Assembly: GCF_009914755.1 (NCBI RefSeq)
Contig: NC_060930.1
Strand: one strand, 5' to 3'
Source of the DNA: the human T2T-CHM13v2.0 reference genome, Homo sapiens
DNA length: 64,000 nt
Each line of letters begins with the position of its first letter. The stretch's first letter is position 1. Position numbers and translations under genes: made by a program. A model generated the notes under the pieces. The model made no database searches. It was not told the DNA's origin and saw only the letters and a program-made list of their open reading frames with translations. Below, piece after piece: positions 29,680 to 43,358 of this stretch.

Positions 29680-30748
29680 CTGGAATAAAAGAAGCAATAA
29701 CTTTCACCCAGAATTCTTATAAATTCAAGAAGCTATAACCAAATCTTTCATTTTGCTAGTTATGTGTCATTAGGTATTTTCCAATTCAATTTGTTACTCT
29801 TGTTTTTGCAGCATTCCTGGATAGCTAGTTATGGGAAATAATCCCTTATTTGGCCAACTGTTTTCTGGTAAGAAACATTTGGTAAGCGTGGTGAACTATA
29901 AACTGCTATTAGAAGTTCCATCTCATAATAGTTTATTCTTACATAGCAAAGTATTTGATTTCTAATTCCAAACACTAATATGCAAGACAACCAAGAAGCC
30001 TGTCTAAATTTCCCCGTGGTTAATGTTAATTTTGAGTCAAAGCAAAGAACAGTGTTATACGACTGTTTTGAAACAGTTTCTCAGGCTTTGCCTTAGTAAT
30101 TAATAAGCTGACACTGCATACTAAACACTTATCAACACAATCAATGGGGCTGCTTCCTTCTTGGGAAAATAGGTAAACCGAATCAAAGAGTTTTCTTTTG
30201 GAAGAGGCTGAAATATGCCACAAATACAGTGGTTCTTTTTGAGAATTTCATTCCCAGCAGTTTCATCTTGGTAACATTTAACAATTTCACTATTTTACCA
30301 TTTTGAAATGCCAAAAAGAACACACTGATCCTGCAGCTAGGCTTATTAGAGAAGAGCAATCTCACAGGCAAGACAGAGAGGAACATGGTCCACTGGGAAA
30401 TGGGTAACAGAAAAAGACAGAAAACAGTGGATAACAAACAAAGCCAAGCACTACTTCAATGTGAGACCTGGTGTTCATCAGAATTTAAAACTTTACACAC
30501 TAAATAATAATCACTTATGGCTTATTTAAGGTTCTAGTCATAACATTCTTTTTACATACATATATTAATGTTATTAAAATTCAGGGGCATGAATATCTAA
30601 TTTGCTTTCCTAACAACGAGTATGCAAGCACAGTAATTTTATTTGTGAAAGGCCAGAATTGGGTATTTCCACCTTGTGGCATCATTGTACCCCCATGGAC
30701 ACTGAGAAACACAATGAGACCTCTCCCCATCAGACACTTGATACATAC

Positions 30749-30786
30749 CTCAGCCAAGAGCGCTCCTCGCCTGGAGTGGGAGACAT
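30749..30786 (-). other. CNR1: 38-nt alternative 5'UTR cassette micro-exon (candidate)
   Basis: Minus strand: ctctttttgtttcaaAG|ATGTCTCCCACTCCAGGCGAGGAGCGCTCTTGGCTGAG|GTATGT; pyrimidine tract, canonical sites, GC-rich patch in AT-rich intron. Confidence 0.7.
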
Positions 30787-32169
30787 CTTTGAAACAAAAA
30801 GAGTCGGTTTACAGTAAGTTCTCCTGATAAGCTAAAATGGATTAGTTTTTTAAAACCATGTCCCACATCAAGTCTCTTGCCCCACTATGGTAACTGCCAT
30901 TGTGCCTACAAATAAGTGCCTGTAGTATGCAATGTTTAAAATTCTGGAGGTGCATGTCTTCTGCTCATGTATGGATATAATCTGAAAGTAATTTGTCTCA
31001 CTTAAGAAACTATAAATGGCCTTTTATTTTTATAAAATTGCTCTTAACTGAGTTAGAGAGCGGGGGAGGGGGAGGAGTACCAGGGAAAAAAAGGACAGAG
31101 AAAAATCAATTAGTGTATCTTCCCTTGCAAACTGTCAGTAGGGTAGGATTAGAAAAGCAACACTTTAAATCACATAAAGTCCTATGGGAACCTTAAAGGT
31201 TGGTTGCTCTGAGCTTCTCAATATTCTGCAAAATAGATTGATGTCAGTGGTGACCCCACTAATACTCAGTGTCCGCTAAGCTTCCTCTAAGAAATTGCAT
31301 TTCCCCCATTGTTCAAAAGATATTAACTTGGTAATAAAAATGAGGAGAAGTTATGGGACCCACAGAGATATCTTTCAACACCTTTAAAACCAGTAAATCT
31401 GTTCTAATCTCTTATTGGATTACATGCCCGAGGAGGCTTACTATATCAGGAAATCAACAACAAAGGCAAGAATAGCACTTATTTGGAGGAAAATAAAAAA
31501 AGATGGGAGGCAAAATGATTAATACGTTACTAAACATTTCTTTTGTTTTTTTATCTGTTCAATTTTAAATATCTGAGAGACAATCTATTAAAATCAGAAA
31601 CATGCATGTTGCTTTTAAACTTCCAAATGACCAAATGACAGTTTCTCATGTCTATTACAGCAAACATATTTTTATTTGAGAGGTGATCCGTTTATGATTT
31701 GTAAGCCTTAACAAGAAATGTCTTTTAAAAATGCAACATTAACTTTAGTCATCTAACAGCTAGTTCTGAGTTAAACGGTTCCATCAACATTCAATTTTAG
31801 GTATTAGTTACATGGACATTTGTTTTTCCTCAAAGAGAAGTGGTTCCTGTAGCTTTTTATCAAAAGTTTATTATTTGACATACATCTCTTTATATGACAT
31901 TTACTATTTTACATTAGTCAGTTTCTAGGCTTGCAGCAGAGATCGATGTATTTCCCTGGGAAGACTTAGCTGCTAACATGGTTTATAGGCATTCAGCACC
32001 AACTCAAGCGCCCGTTTTTCAAACATGCACAATTACCCATTTTCTACAAACAGACATCAGTGCATACAGAGCCAGGTGCACACACATTCAATAAATAGTA
32101 AATGGTAGAAATCTCCAGAAGTAGAACAGATCACAGTTAACAGGCTGGGGCCATACAGCTAAGTAAACA

Positions 32170-34230
32170 CCGACGCACGATTCGCTCACACGGAATAAGA
32201 ACTCCACGAAGGACACTTGGGGACCACACTGGTCGTACCCGAGGGGGCGGGAGGCGGAAAAAGTATTTCCAAACGCAACTCTGCCAGGTCTTACCCTTCG
32301 CATCCCCTGGTCCTCGGGACAGAAGCTCCCTTGGCACCTCTCGCCCAGCTCAGGGGCTGGTTGTCCGCTAGAACGAAATATCCCCCACTGACTACGGAGA
32401 GCTCTGCAGGGAGCCGAGGCCCCCGCCCGGGCCAAGGGAAGGCGCTGGCGCCGCGGGAGACAAGAAGAGGCGGAGGCGGAAAAGAAGTGGAGAAGGAAGG
32501 GGTGGCAGAGGGAGTAGCGTGCGGGAGGCGGCGCCGGCGCCGGGCTGCTGGCGAGGCGGGGTGGGGTGGAGTGGGGTGTGCCTCCGGCGGGCGGTCAGCA
32601 AGTCAGTCCGTCCGAGCGCCGGCGTCCCGGTCTCCAGCGCCCGCCCGCGACAGCGACCGGGACTGGCGCCCCGCTGCTCCGACCGCCGGCGAGCCTCGCC
32701 CCTTCCCAGGCTCTTCACTGGGTCCTCCCGCGAGCCCCGCCTGGCCCGGCGTGGGGCCGCCCGTCTCCGCCAGCCCGGGCGCCCGTCGCCTCGTCCCGCT
32801 CGCGCAGTCCCTGCCGCTCCCTCCGCTCGCGCTGTCTCTGGCTCCCTCTCGCTCCAGTCCCATTTATGAAGCGCGGTCCCATCACGTGTTAATGAGCCTT
32901 TGTCCTGCCCTGGCAGCGGCGGCGGCACAGACCCCGCCGAGGGAACTGCGCGGGGAGGGACCTGAGCGCAGCGCCCGTAGCCCCAAACTTTGCTTGGGGC
33001 GGGGGACCCGCCGCGGCGCCAGCCCTGGGGCCAGAGGGGACAAGCCTCTTCGGCCCGCGTCACCTACTTCTCCTCTTCCTCCTCCTCCTCCGCCGCCGCG
33101 CTCCCGGAGGCCCCCGCTGCCATGACCTCGCTGTGCTCCCGGATACCCTCACACCCTGACCAGGCCAAGAAGGGGCTGGTGCATGCGCCGCCCACGACCT
33201 CGGGGCCATTAATCACACGCTCCCGGGCAGCGCGCATCGCCAACACCTTCCGCGGGGGTCACGTCTGGGGCAGCGGGCTGAGCCGGAAGGGGAAGGGGAG
33301 CGGGAGCCCAGAGGCCGAGGCGCGCCGGGCCCGGGGGTGCGGTCTCGCGCCCCCTCCCTCCGCGCAAGGCCGCTCCCGTGGCAGGCGGCAGCGAGCTGGG
33401 CCCGGGGCCGGGCTGAGCTTTGGGACCGCGCTGCGCAGCCCCCGAGCCGTTCGCTACCTGGCTGCGGTCGCGCGGCCACCTGTCCTCCGCCCTCGGGGCG
33501 CCGCCCAGCTTCGCGCCAGGCGCCTTCTCCAGCGCCCGCCGCCCTTTCCCGGCGAGACCACTCGGGCGCGCCCCGCCCGCCGGTCCCCGATGCAAACAGT
33601 TGGGCTCCGTAGGCGGCTGGCTCCGCGCCTCCCGGCCCGGCGCGCCCCCTCCCCGGCCACCCGGGGCCCCGCTCCTCGCACCTTTTCGCTGGAGGAGGAC
33701 GCCCCACTCCAGGGCCGGACTGGGGGCTCTGAGACTCGGGGGCGGCAGCGGCGGGCGCCTGGGGAGCCGCGGTGTGCTCAGCAGCCGCGGCAGGAATTAG
33801 GGGACATGCTCGTTAATTGTTTCCACTATCAGCCGCCGTCTGCCTCCTGTGTGCACGGATCAAACCTTAATTGGTCTTTACATTTATCATGGTGAATTGC
33901 GAACCTCCAAACAAGCCTGGGCCGCCGCTTCTGCCGAGGAGGCGCTCCCCTCCCCTCCGCCCCCGGGGCCCTGCAGGGTGTGCGGCGGCGGTCGTGGTTA
34001 TTTAGACATCTTTATCTCTCGTGAGTTGGATCGGGAGAGGATCGCACGGTTTCCACCTGACGGAGCCACGTCACGTCGGCCACAAGGGCCCCGTGCTGGG
34101 CGCTGGGTTCGGTTCCCGGCCGTCCTCTTGTGGCCGCCTTGGCGTTCATTTTATGACACCTTGCCGGTGTTCCCAGACATCATCCCGCACCGCTCCGTTT
34201 TACCGACCTCCAGGTCTTCCCGCCCCTAAT
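32170..34230. promoter_or_regulatory. CpG island / CNR1 main promoter
   Basis: Abrupt switch to very GC- and CpG-rich sequence with GC boxes; E-box CACGTG at 32883-32888; minus-strand CATAAA at 32863-32868; tandem TGACGT half-CREs at 34067-34077. Confidence 0.93.
32295..32840 (-). other. CNR1: CNR1 non-coding exon 1 (5' end approximate)
   Basis: Strong donor GCGAAGG|GTAAGA (GT at 32294-32293) at the edge of the CpG island. Joining it to the 11832 acceptor gives ...GATGCGAAGG|GATTGCCCC..., as I recall the CNR1 mRNA. Intron 11833-32294. Confidence 0.85.
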
Positions 34231-37200
34231 CAGACCCCAACAGCAACCGTACTATATCTGGACCCTATATTTGAACTACGTGGTGAGAATCTGTGAAAGC
34301 GAGCCTCTCAGGGAAAGAAGGAAGATTGTTGAGTTCAAGGTCCTGGAGGAGGGAAGGCTGTAAAACCGTTTTGGAAACGTCAGGCCAAATCGTACAAAGG
34401 CTTCCCGCAGAGCACTAGTGCAGTTTTTGAAAATCCCCCTAGACTGCTTTAGACTAGAAGTATTTCCGTCAAGCAAATGACCATTTGACTCCATTGAGAG
34501 AGAGAGTCCACCGCTGAAATGATTAAGTCCTACTAGGTGGGTGGTTAGAAAAGGTTATCAATAAAGTTCTGATGGACCCATCGATAGATGGAAGAATGAC
34601 TGGGAGATAGATAGTAGATGTGGGATTAGTGCTGAGCCTTAACCCTGATGCTTGGGGAAGGCTCTACTCACAGGCATTTTTAGCCCACCTCCATGGCAGA
34701 GACAGCTCCAGCGCAAGATTCAAAGGGAGGAGGCTTCAACATCTGTTGCTTTTTTCTTTTAGGGGTCGTGGTTGTTAGATTTTCCCTTCACCTCACACCC
34801 CTGGCAGTAGGAAATATTTGCAAAAATTTTCTCTCCTTATGACCTCGCAGACTCTGATTTCCCAAGAGGCCAGATGACAATAACTTCAAAGTCTCTCCTC
34901 CACCTGGCAGCTCAGTTTCAAATGACTGCTAGTAATTAAAAGAAAGGATCAAGGCAGCGCTTCCTCTGACTGTGATAAGGACATCTTCAGTCACAAGAAA
35001 CCTGGGGGAGCTGGACTCCTAGAATGCTTTCAGGCCACAGGATTTCACTTGGGTGCTACCACCCTCCCCTGTAGCTGGAGGGCGTGAGCTGTTGGAGTGG
35101 CAGAGCTGTTCAACATCACTCAGCTAAACAACACTGACACACCCTGGTGGTGCTCCTTCTATAAGGAGCACTTTCCCACATGTTGATCTATACCTTCGTG
35201 GTGGTCAGCATCAACCTGTGAAAGGTATTCCATGGAAATCTTGTATCTCAACTCAGCCACACCAGCTTTTGCTTTTTCATAAAGAGGAACAATCTGATTA
35301 TTGTGTCTCTAAGTCATCCCAAATATCTTCTGATTGACGTTGGGTTTCTTCACTGAATTCTATGAAATTCCAAGCAGAAACCTAAGATCGTTGATGGGCC
35401 AGTGTGACCTGTGGCCAGAGCCAATCACTCGGAATCTCATCTAGTAGTGACTCCAGCCGAGATAACTGTTTAGTTTGTTATTCTGTTGTTCAGGGTTGGG
35501 GGAAACCTGGAGCCTGACAGCTGAATTGTACTGACTTTCCATTTAGAGCTCAAGGATAATAATCAGTAATGGAGTCAAAATTTGACTTATGACCTGGCAT
35601 TTTATCACCACAAGTGAATGCTGTGTCAAAAACAAGAGAGTTATGTTCCTTGGCAAATACTGTTCTTGTGGGCCTTCATGTGCATCTTTAAATTTTCGTC
35701 AAGGTATTAGACTGACAGACAGGAGAGCTGCTGTACTTTTTCCTTGGATTGGGGCAACTGGAAGAGGGGCAGAGATCAGACAGCAGATGGTGCGAGGGAA
35801 AGATGCTCTTCGGTACCTTGGAGTTCACATTTTGCAAGGATCACCTTTATGTGGGAGGAAATGATTTAGTTTCCACATGTGGTTGGCCATCCACTGTACT
35901 CCTGAGACAGTCAGCAAGAATGACAAATGCAAGCTGTCAGCCTCCCTATTAGGAACATTATGTTGAGAGCATTCATAATTTTAACATGAAGTGCTGAATG
36001 GCTCTTGGTCACCACAAACCCAGGTTGAATTTGAATCCATGACCTTCTGAGGAAATGCCCCGGCAGCCCCTGAACAGGCTTCAGTAGTCCCTTCAGTGCT
36101 AGGCTGCCTGGTTTTTCAGATCCTTATCCTTTTAAAATTAGAACAGGGCTATGATGAGCCAATTTACTGCCGTTCTGTGTAATTTAGGTTATTCACTCAG
36201 TGAAATGTAGAGGATGAGAGCACAGTTAAGGCTGCATATTTCAACTTCAAAGAAAGATCTCAATTTATGCCTGCCAAAGTGTTAAGAGTTCTACTGGCCA
36301 TAGAGCATCAAGGAAACATGTCTGCTTTGGTGAGATAGCTGTGGATCCAAAAGGAGCTCTACTTCAAGATGTTTTTGGTTTTATTTTATTTTTTTTAACT
36401 TGCCATGGTTTGTCGTGCTTCTCTCCCACTCCCCAAATGGGTGGTCTGTTGGGGATGATGAGTCATGATTTCCTGGTTTGGAAAGCGACATCACTCTCTT
36501 TTAGAGTTTTGGGGGTTCGGTCCAAGTTTGGTCCTCACGTTTTCTTTGGTATTTTCAGTGTGATGCTCACACTACAGGGCTGGAACGCTCACTGATTAAG
36601 GACATTTTAGGAATGATATTATGACTACACGATTTCATTCTAATTCGGAGCATTGCTTTAGAGTTTCGACAGCTGTTATTGGCTCTCCCTTGAAGCATTT
36701 TGTTTTTCAGTGGCTCTGCATTACTAGATGGGAATCTGCTTCTTCACTCCCAGTCTAAAGGGTAAGTGTCAGTAAGCCTGCAGACTGGGCTGGGGCTCTG
36801 CCATCCACAGCGTAAGGTCTGAAATGCCTGCTCGTGAGTTGCTCCACCAGCGATGCGAGCAACTGAAAGAAACTCCTGCACCACTTCTGCGTACTTCTCA
36901 AGAACTACAAGTTGGTGTTGGAAAAGAGATTCTTTTTCACTCAACTGTCAGAAATTAAACTTTGTGAGACCTGCTCTAGGTGGAGAAGTGGGTTGCGAGG
37001 GTAGGCAATGAATGGGTAAGGAAGGAAGGGCCATGGGCTTGTTTGACCTTGGGAGATACTGCGTTGTATTAGGTACAAAGAAAATTGCTGCCACTTCTCA
37101 GTGATCTTCCTGTATAACTAAATATTCGCTCATTAGGGCTTTTTGTTGTTGTCGTTCACCTTCTCACCTTCTTTCATTAAATCCAGATCTTTAACATCCC

Positions 37201-38773
37201 AGCTGAGCAGCACAGGGAAGGCTGAGAAATGGCAGGAAGGCATTTTCCTTTGTTCATATGTTTTGTTTTGTTTTTCATCACCAAGCAGAGGATTGGTAAT
37301 GAGGAGATGGATCATCCTTTCATTTCAAACCATATGAGGAGTATGTTCCAACAGATAATAAACAAGCACATCGTGCAAAGAAGGGGGGTGAGGAGGCAGG
37401 TTAATAAAGCTTTTGTTCTCCTTTGATTAAACTCTTACAAACGAGTCATCAAAACTTTCCAATTAAAAGGCTATAAATATTATATGTCTAAATATTTCAC
37501 TTTTAAAAAATAGGGCAAGCAGCAGTATTATAATGCTAAAATACGGCAAAGAATAGAAACATACTACTAAAAGATATGTACTTCTTAATCACTTGGCCTT
37601 CCGAGTAAACTCTCTTCTTGGTGTTCTTCATGGTTTATTTCAACTTCAGGTAGAAGCTTGGAAAAAGAAAAAGAAATGACCATCTATCTTGGTCTATGAG
37701 GATTAAATGAAACAATATACATAAAACAACCAGGCTGGTACCTGGAAGTTAGACTCTCAATCAGTGATTGCTGTTTTTATTTCTCCCACAACTTCTGCTA
37801 CACTGTTGCTGCATCTGTGTTAAGTGTATGGAGAGGACCACAGCCTGGCTGAGGCTCTTTAATTCTCAAGCCATAGAGCAGGCAGCTGATTCATAAACAA
37901 AGTGCTCACATTTTGAGGGTTTCTTGGGGCTCAGCTGTGACTTCTTTGCTGTCTCTCCCATTCTAAACAGATGCTGTAGATTATCTGCTTTGCACAGTGG
38001 TCTAGATGTACTGATACCTTGAGAAGCCACCATTATCTACTCCCTGCAGTTCACCAGCTTTTCCTTGAAATGCAGCTGCCAGTAAAAATGAGAATTGGCA
38101 AAAGCCAATGGGGTGTGCGGTTTATCTTTGGATGTCTTGTCTGGCTTGTTGTATCTAAAACATTGTTAAAGAAACCGGTACAGTTTAGGCCTTATTGAAG
38201 AATTGAAAGGATCAGATTGTTTTTGAATTTTTTTTGTTTAAAGAACCATTAATTTAGACAGGCTGTAGTGGAGATTTGAGAACATTTGGGGATATAGATT
38301 TTACCCCCAGCTCTGGTGCTGATGGCCCAGGCTATCATGCACCATTTCTAGGCCTCATTTTTCTATTCTGTGTGATGGGAATAACACTAATATCTCTAAT
38401 TTCCTTTATACAGTCTTTGTGAGTATCTAATAAGGTAGAAATATATTGGTAGAGCTTCAAGAAAAATTCAAACAATTATTATCAATAATTTATTTGATTT
38501 AATGGTCCACTAATTTCTTAGTTGTATCAAATTACATAGAATATTTTAATTATTCTTCTTATTTCAAGAAAGAACAATAAATAAATTGTGAATCTTAGAG
38601 CTTCGACAGCACTGATTTTTGTATTGAAGGCCCATAAAAGAGGATGTAATGTGTTAATAACCAAGTTAAAGACTCTTAAGCCAGAATACTAGATGAATGT
38701 AAAGCATGATTATAAGTATTGAAAGCAATTTTAGTTCATGGCACGATGATTTTTAAGCTGCGAATTAACTGAT

Positions 38774-39100
38774 TGCTGTGGTCTAAGTGTTGGCGTCCTT
38801 CCAAAGTTCATATGTTGAAACTTAACCCCCAACATGATAGTACTAAGAGGTGGGAAGATTTGGGAGGGGATTAGGTCATGAGGGCTCCTCTCATGAATGG
38901 GATTAGTGCCCTTATAAAACAGGTTGAAGGGAGCTACCTTGCCTCTTTCACCATGAGAAGACACAGCATTCATCTCTTCCATCACAGCTTGGTCTTGAAC
39001 CTCCCAGCCTCCAGAACCGTGAGAAATAAATTTCTATTATTTCCAAATTACCAAGTAATTATACAGGTTTTTGCTATAGTAGCCCAAGTGGATGAAGACA
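38774..39100 (+). mobile_element. MaLR solo LTR (MLT1A/MST-like)
   Basis: TG...CA ends, AAGTTCATATGTTGAAAC, GATTAGGTCATGAGGGC, AATAAA, ending GAAGACA. Confidence 0.8.
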
Positions 39101-40639
39101 TTGATCTACCTGTGATTATTGCTACTACATCCTGCAAACTGTTGCCCACTGGGGGTTACTTTTTCAACTTAAGAGAACATAGCTTCCTTATACATAAAAA
39201 TCTATAAAACATGCAATTTATTACCCTCTAAAAATATCCTTTTTCTCAAAACTGGGGTTGCTGAATGTTCAGGCTGCATATTCTCCCTATAGTAGGCATT
39301 GAGTAAAATAATTATAACTTTATCTCTGTATTGTGTGTGGTTCTCAGGCATCAGAAGAACAACTGTAAGTGCAGAAATCCCATGCGAGAAGTTAATTTAG
39401 GAGCTATTAATAATTTCTCAGATACGATCTCATGTATTAACTCAGCACAACTCTAGTGTTAAAGTTATCAAAGAGCATATAGGGGGACGATGAACCATTG
39501 GTTAATGTTTTTAAAAAAATCTTTAGTCCTGAGCTTTATATCATGATCTGTTTTGAGGAACATCCTAATGTCAAGGCCACGTTCAGTCCTCTGACATCTT
39601 CCCTCCTTTGTCACCTTCTAGAGGAAGCCTTTCTTTCCCCCTTCTGCAGTTCTTTCTTCCTTTAATAGCTGTCTTTGTTTTAATAAGGAAACTGTCGGGG
39701 GCAGGGTGGAGATAAGGAAAGGAAAAATGAACTGAAGGAATAAAGAAACTACAGGAAAAGAGAAAATAAGAAAGATTTTTCAGAAATATTTATATCTCTT
39801 AGAGTCCCTTAAATACTAAAAATTAGAAACTCGAGATGGTATGTGACATTTGTACCCTGACACTTTGCCTGCTGTGAAGTGGTAATGGTGCTCAGCTTTC
39901 CCACGGCAGCCCCAAGAGTCTGACTTTAGAGAATTCCTCACATATTCTGCCAGGGCAGACACGTGACTAATTTATTTCTGTTCTAAAAGACCTCAGAGAA
40001 GAAGACTGGTCTAGAATATCTCTGAAAGTTAGAGCACATTGCAACAGAGTGGATATTTATTTTTATTTTATTTAAAAAAATGATTTAAAGATACTATGAT
40101 GTCAAGATGACATCGTTAGGTGATATGGCCGTAATATGTTGGGACTAATGTACTCAAATGAGTGGGTCACTGAGTCAAGTCATGGGTTCATACTCAAGTT
40201 CATCATCTAATTTTTAGCCCTTTATTATTTTTGAGTAAAAATAGCATTTAAAAATACTGTTTTAATAAATACTGAAACATACTCATTATAAAGAAAGACT
40301 AGGTAATAGAAAGTTTAAGAGAAAGTCTCCACCCCATACTCCCATCTCTCAATTCCTTACCCAGAGAAATTTGCTGTTAAGTGTGATGTATAGCCTTTTA
40401 GCCATTGTTTGTATATACAGTTGGTTGGATGAGTTAAAGTACAAATCCCTAGAAGTAGAATTTTCCAATCAAAGTTTTGTGCATTTCAAATGTTGAAAGA
40501 AAATGCCAATTGCATACCAAGCCCTTTAAATGGATTTGATCAACTCATTTAAGCGCATGGCTGGATGCAAGTGAAAACCCCATCCGGCCACATCTCTAGG
40601 ACAGCATTGGGCTAGCTCAAGTATGGTAGACCAGGGGAC

Positions 40640-41538
<899 letters not shown>

Positions 41539-42523
41539 CTCCAGAGAGCAGTCACATTTCCTGGTTCAGATGTGCTCTGCTGGCTCATGTGGTCTCTGGT
41601 TCTCTGATTCCGCTTGGCTGGCTCCTGAGGTGTTCACCTCCTTCTCCATGCCCCAGAACCCATAGGTTAAGAGTTACTCCAAGCTTACACCACAGTCTCA
41701 GAGAACATGACCAAGACGGGTCCACTCTGCCTTGTGCACTCCAAAGGAACAGGCAACTTGTTGGCAGAAGAGTTCCTCTCAGTTCCTAGGAGAAAGCAAG
41801 TTGACCAACCTAGTGACCATGAAGCACGCCTGAGAGGAGTGAAAACAAGAAGATACTCGCTCCCTGCCTATGCTAACTAGTGCTTTTTGCAGTTGTAGGT
41901 ATGGAAGGAGAGAGTGCAAGTGTAAGAGATTATTTAGTTGCATTTCAGGATATTTCTTAGTCTCCCTCTTATTCTCCTAAAATGATTTATTACTGTTTTT
42001 TGACCTTTGTTTTACATAACATGAAAATCCTTTCTCCAAAATATTGACTTCCTATGGAATTACAAGACTCTGAAATTTTAAAAAGAAGAAATCTGAATCC
42101 ATCACTAAAATGTCAGCCTCATCCAGAATGCAAGTTGTATGAGTGTAGGGTTCTGCATGTTCTGTTCATCATTCTAGTCCCAGCATGTAGAACAGTATCT
42201 GATCTGTTCTCAATGATATTGATTGAATTAATAAATTCAGACATTGTGTAAAGAATCCTTTCCTTTTTTTTTTAAGTTACAGAGCTGTGACAAATATTCC
42301 TCTTAATTCCCCATGCAACCGTGCTTCCAAACGTCAAAAATCAAACCTTTTTATACAACCTTGTTGAACCCTAATCTCCTAATTTACTCCAGTGTCATGA
42401 AGAACCAGTATTGTGCTGGATCGCTGTAACATAGGAATATCGCACAGACTTATGTATAATGAGTATCATCTAGAAATCATGAAATCCCTCTTAGGGCATT
42501 TCATTCTTGAAACTGTGTTTTGT

Positions 42524-42670
42524 GGCCAGGCGCGGTGGCTCACGCCTGTAATCCCAGCTCTCAGGGAGGCAAGAGGCAGGAGGATAGCTTGAGCCCAGGA
42601 GTTCGAGACCTGCCTGGGCAATATAGCGAGGCCCCGTTCTCCAGAAAATGGAAAAAAAAAAAAAAAGATA
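42524..42670 (+). pseudogene. BC200 (BCYRN1)-derived processed retrocopy, 14-bp TSD
   Basis: Alu monomer with BC200-specific motifs CCCAGCTCTCAGGGAGGC, GGATAGCTTGAGCCCAGG, GACCTGCCTGGGCAATATAGCGAG, CCCCGTTCTCCAGAAAA; TSD AAACTGTGTTTTGT at 42510-42523 and 42671-42684. Confidence 0.88.
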
Positions 42671-43056
42671 AAACTGTGTTTTGTTTGTTTTCCTTTTCAG
42701 TGTTTCGTCTGCAAATCAAATCTATCACTCTTGTTTCTCTTTTAAAGCAATGTGAAAAATCAAGTGTCCTGCTTATTGACATTGTTAAGATAGAATTGCA
42801 GTGTTCTGGGGGTATAGGTCATCAAACTTTGAGCATATATGTGCTGAAAGTTGGTGTGCCGTGGAGTGTGCCAGGCAATTTTCCTTCAGTCTGTGCTGTA
42901 ACTGGTAGTTTCTGCAGTTTTAGGTGTGGAAGAAGATTGCAAGTAGCAATCTGAAAAATCCGCCTTATCTACTTCAAAAGAAGGGGGCAATGACTTAGCA
43001 TTGTTCCCAGCCTGCTCTGTGTCATCAAAGGCACATGTTTGAAAGACTGGTTGTCT

Positions 43057-43358
<302 letters not shown>

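Noticed and set aside
32542-32576. G-run cluster (possible G-quadruplex) in exon 1
   Set aside because: Irregular tracts on the template strand; expected in any CpG island.
32088-34296. Many long ORFs (up to 302 aa) on both strands in the CpG island
   Set aside because: Stop-codon depletion in very GC-rich DNA; low-complexity Pro/Arg/Gly/Ala peptides in all frames.
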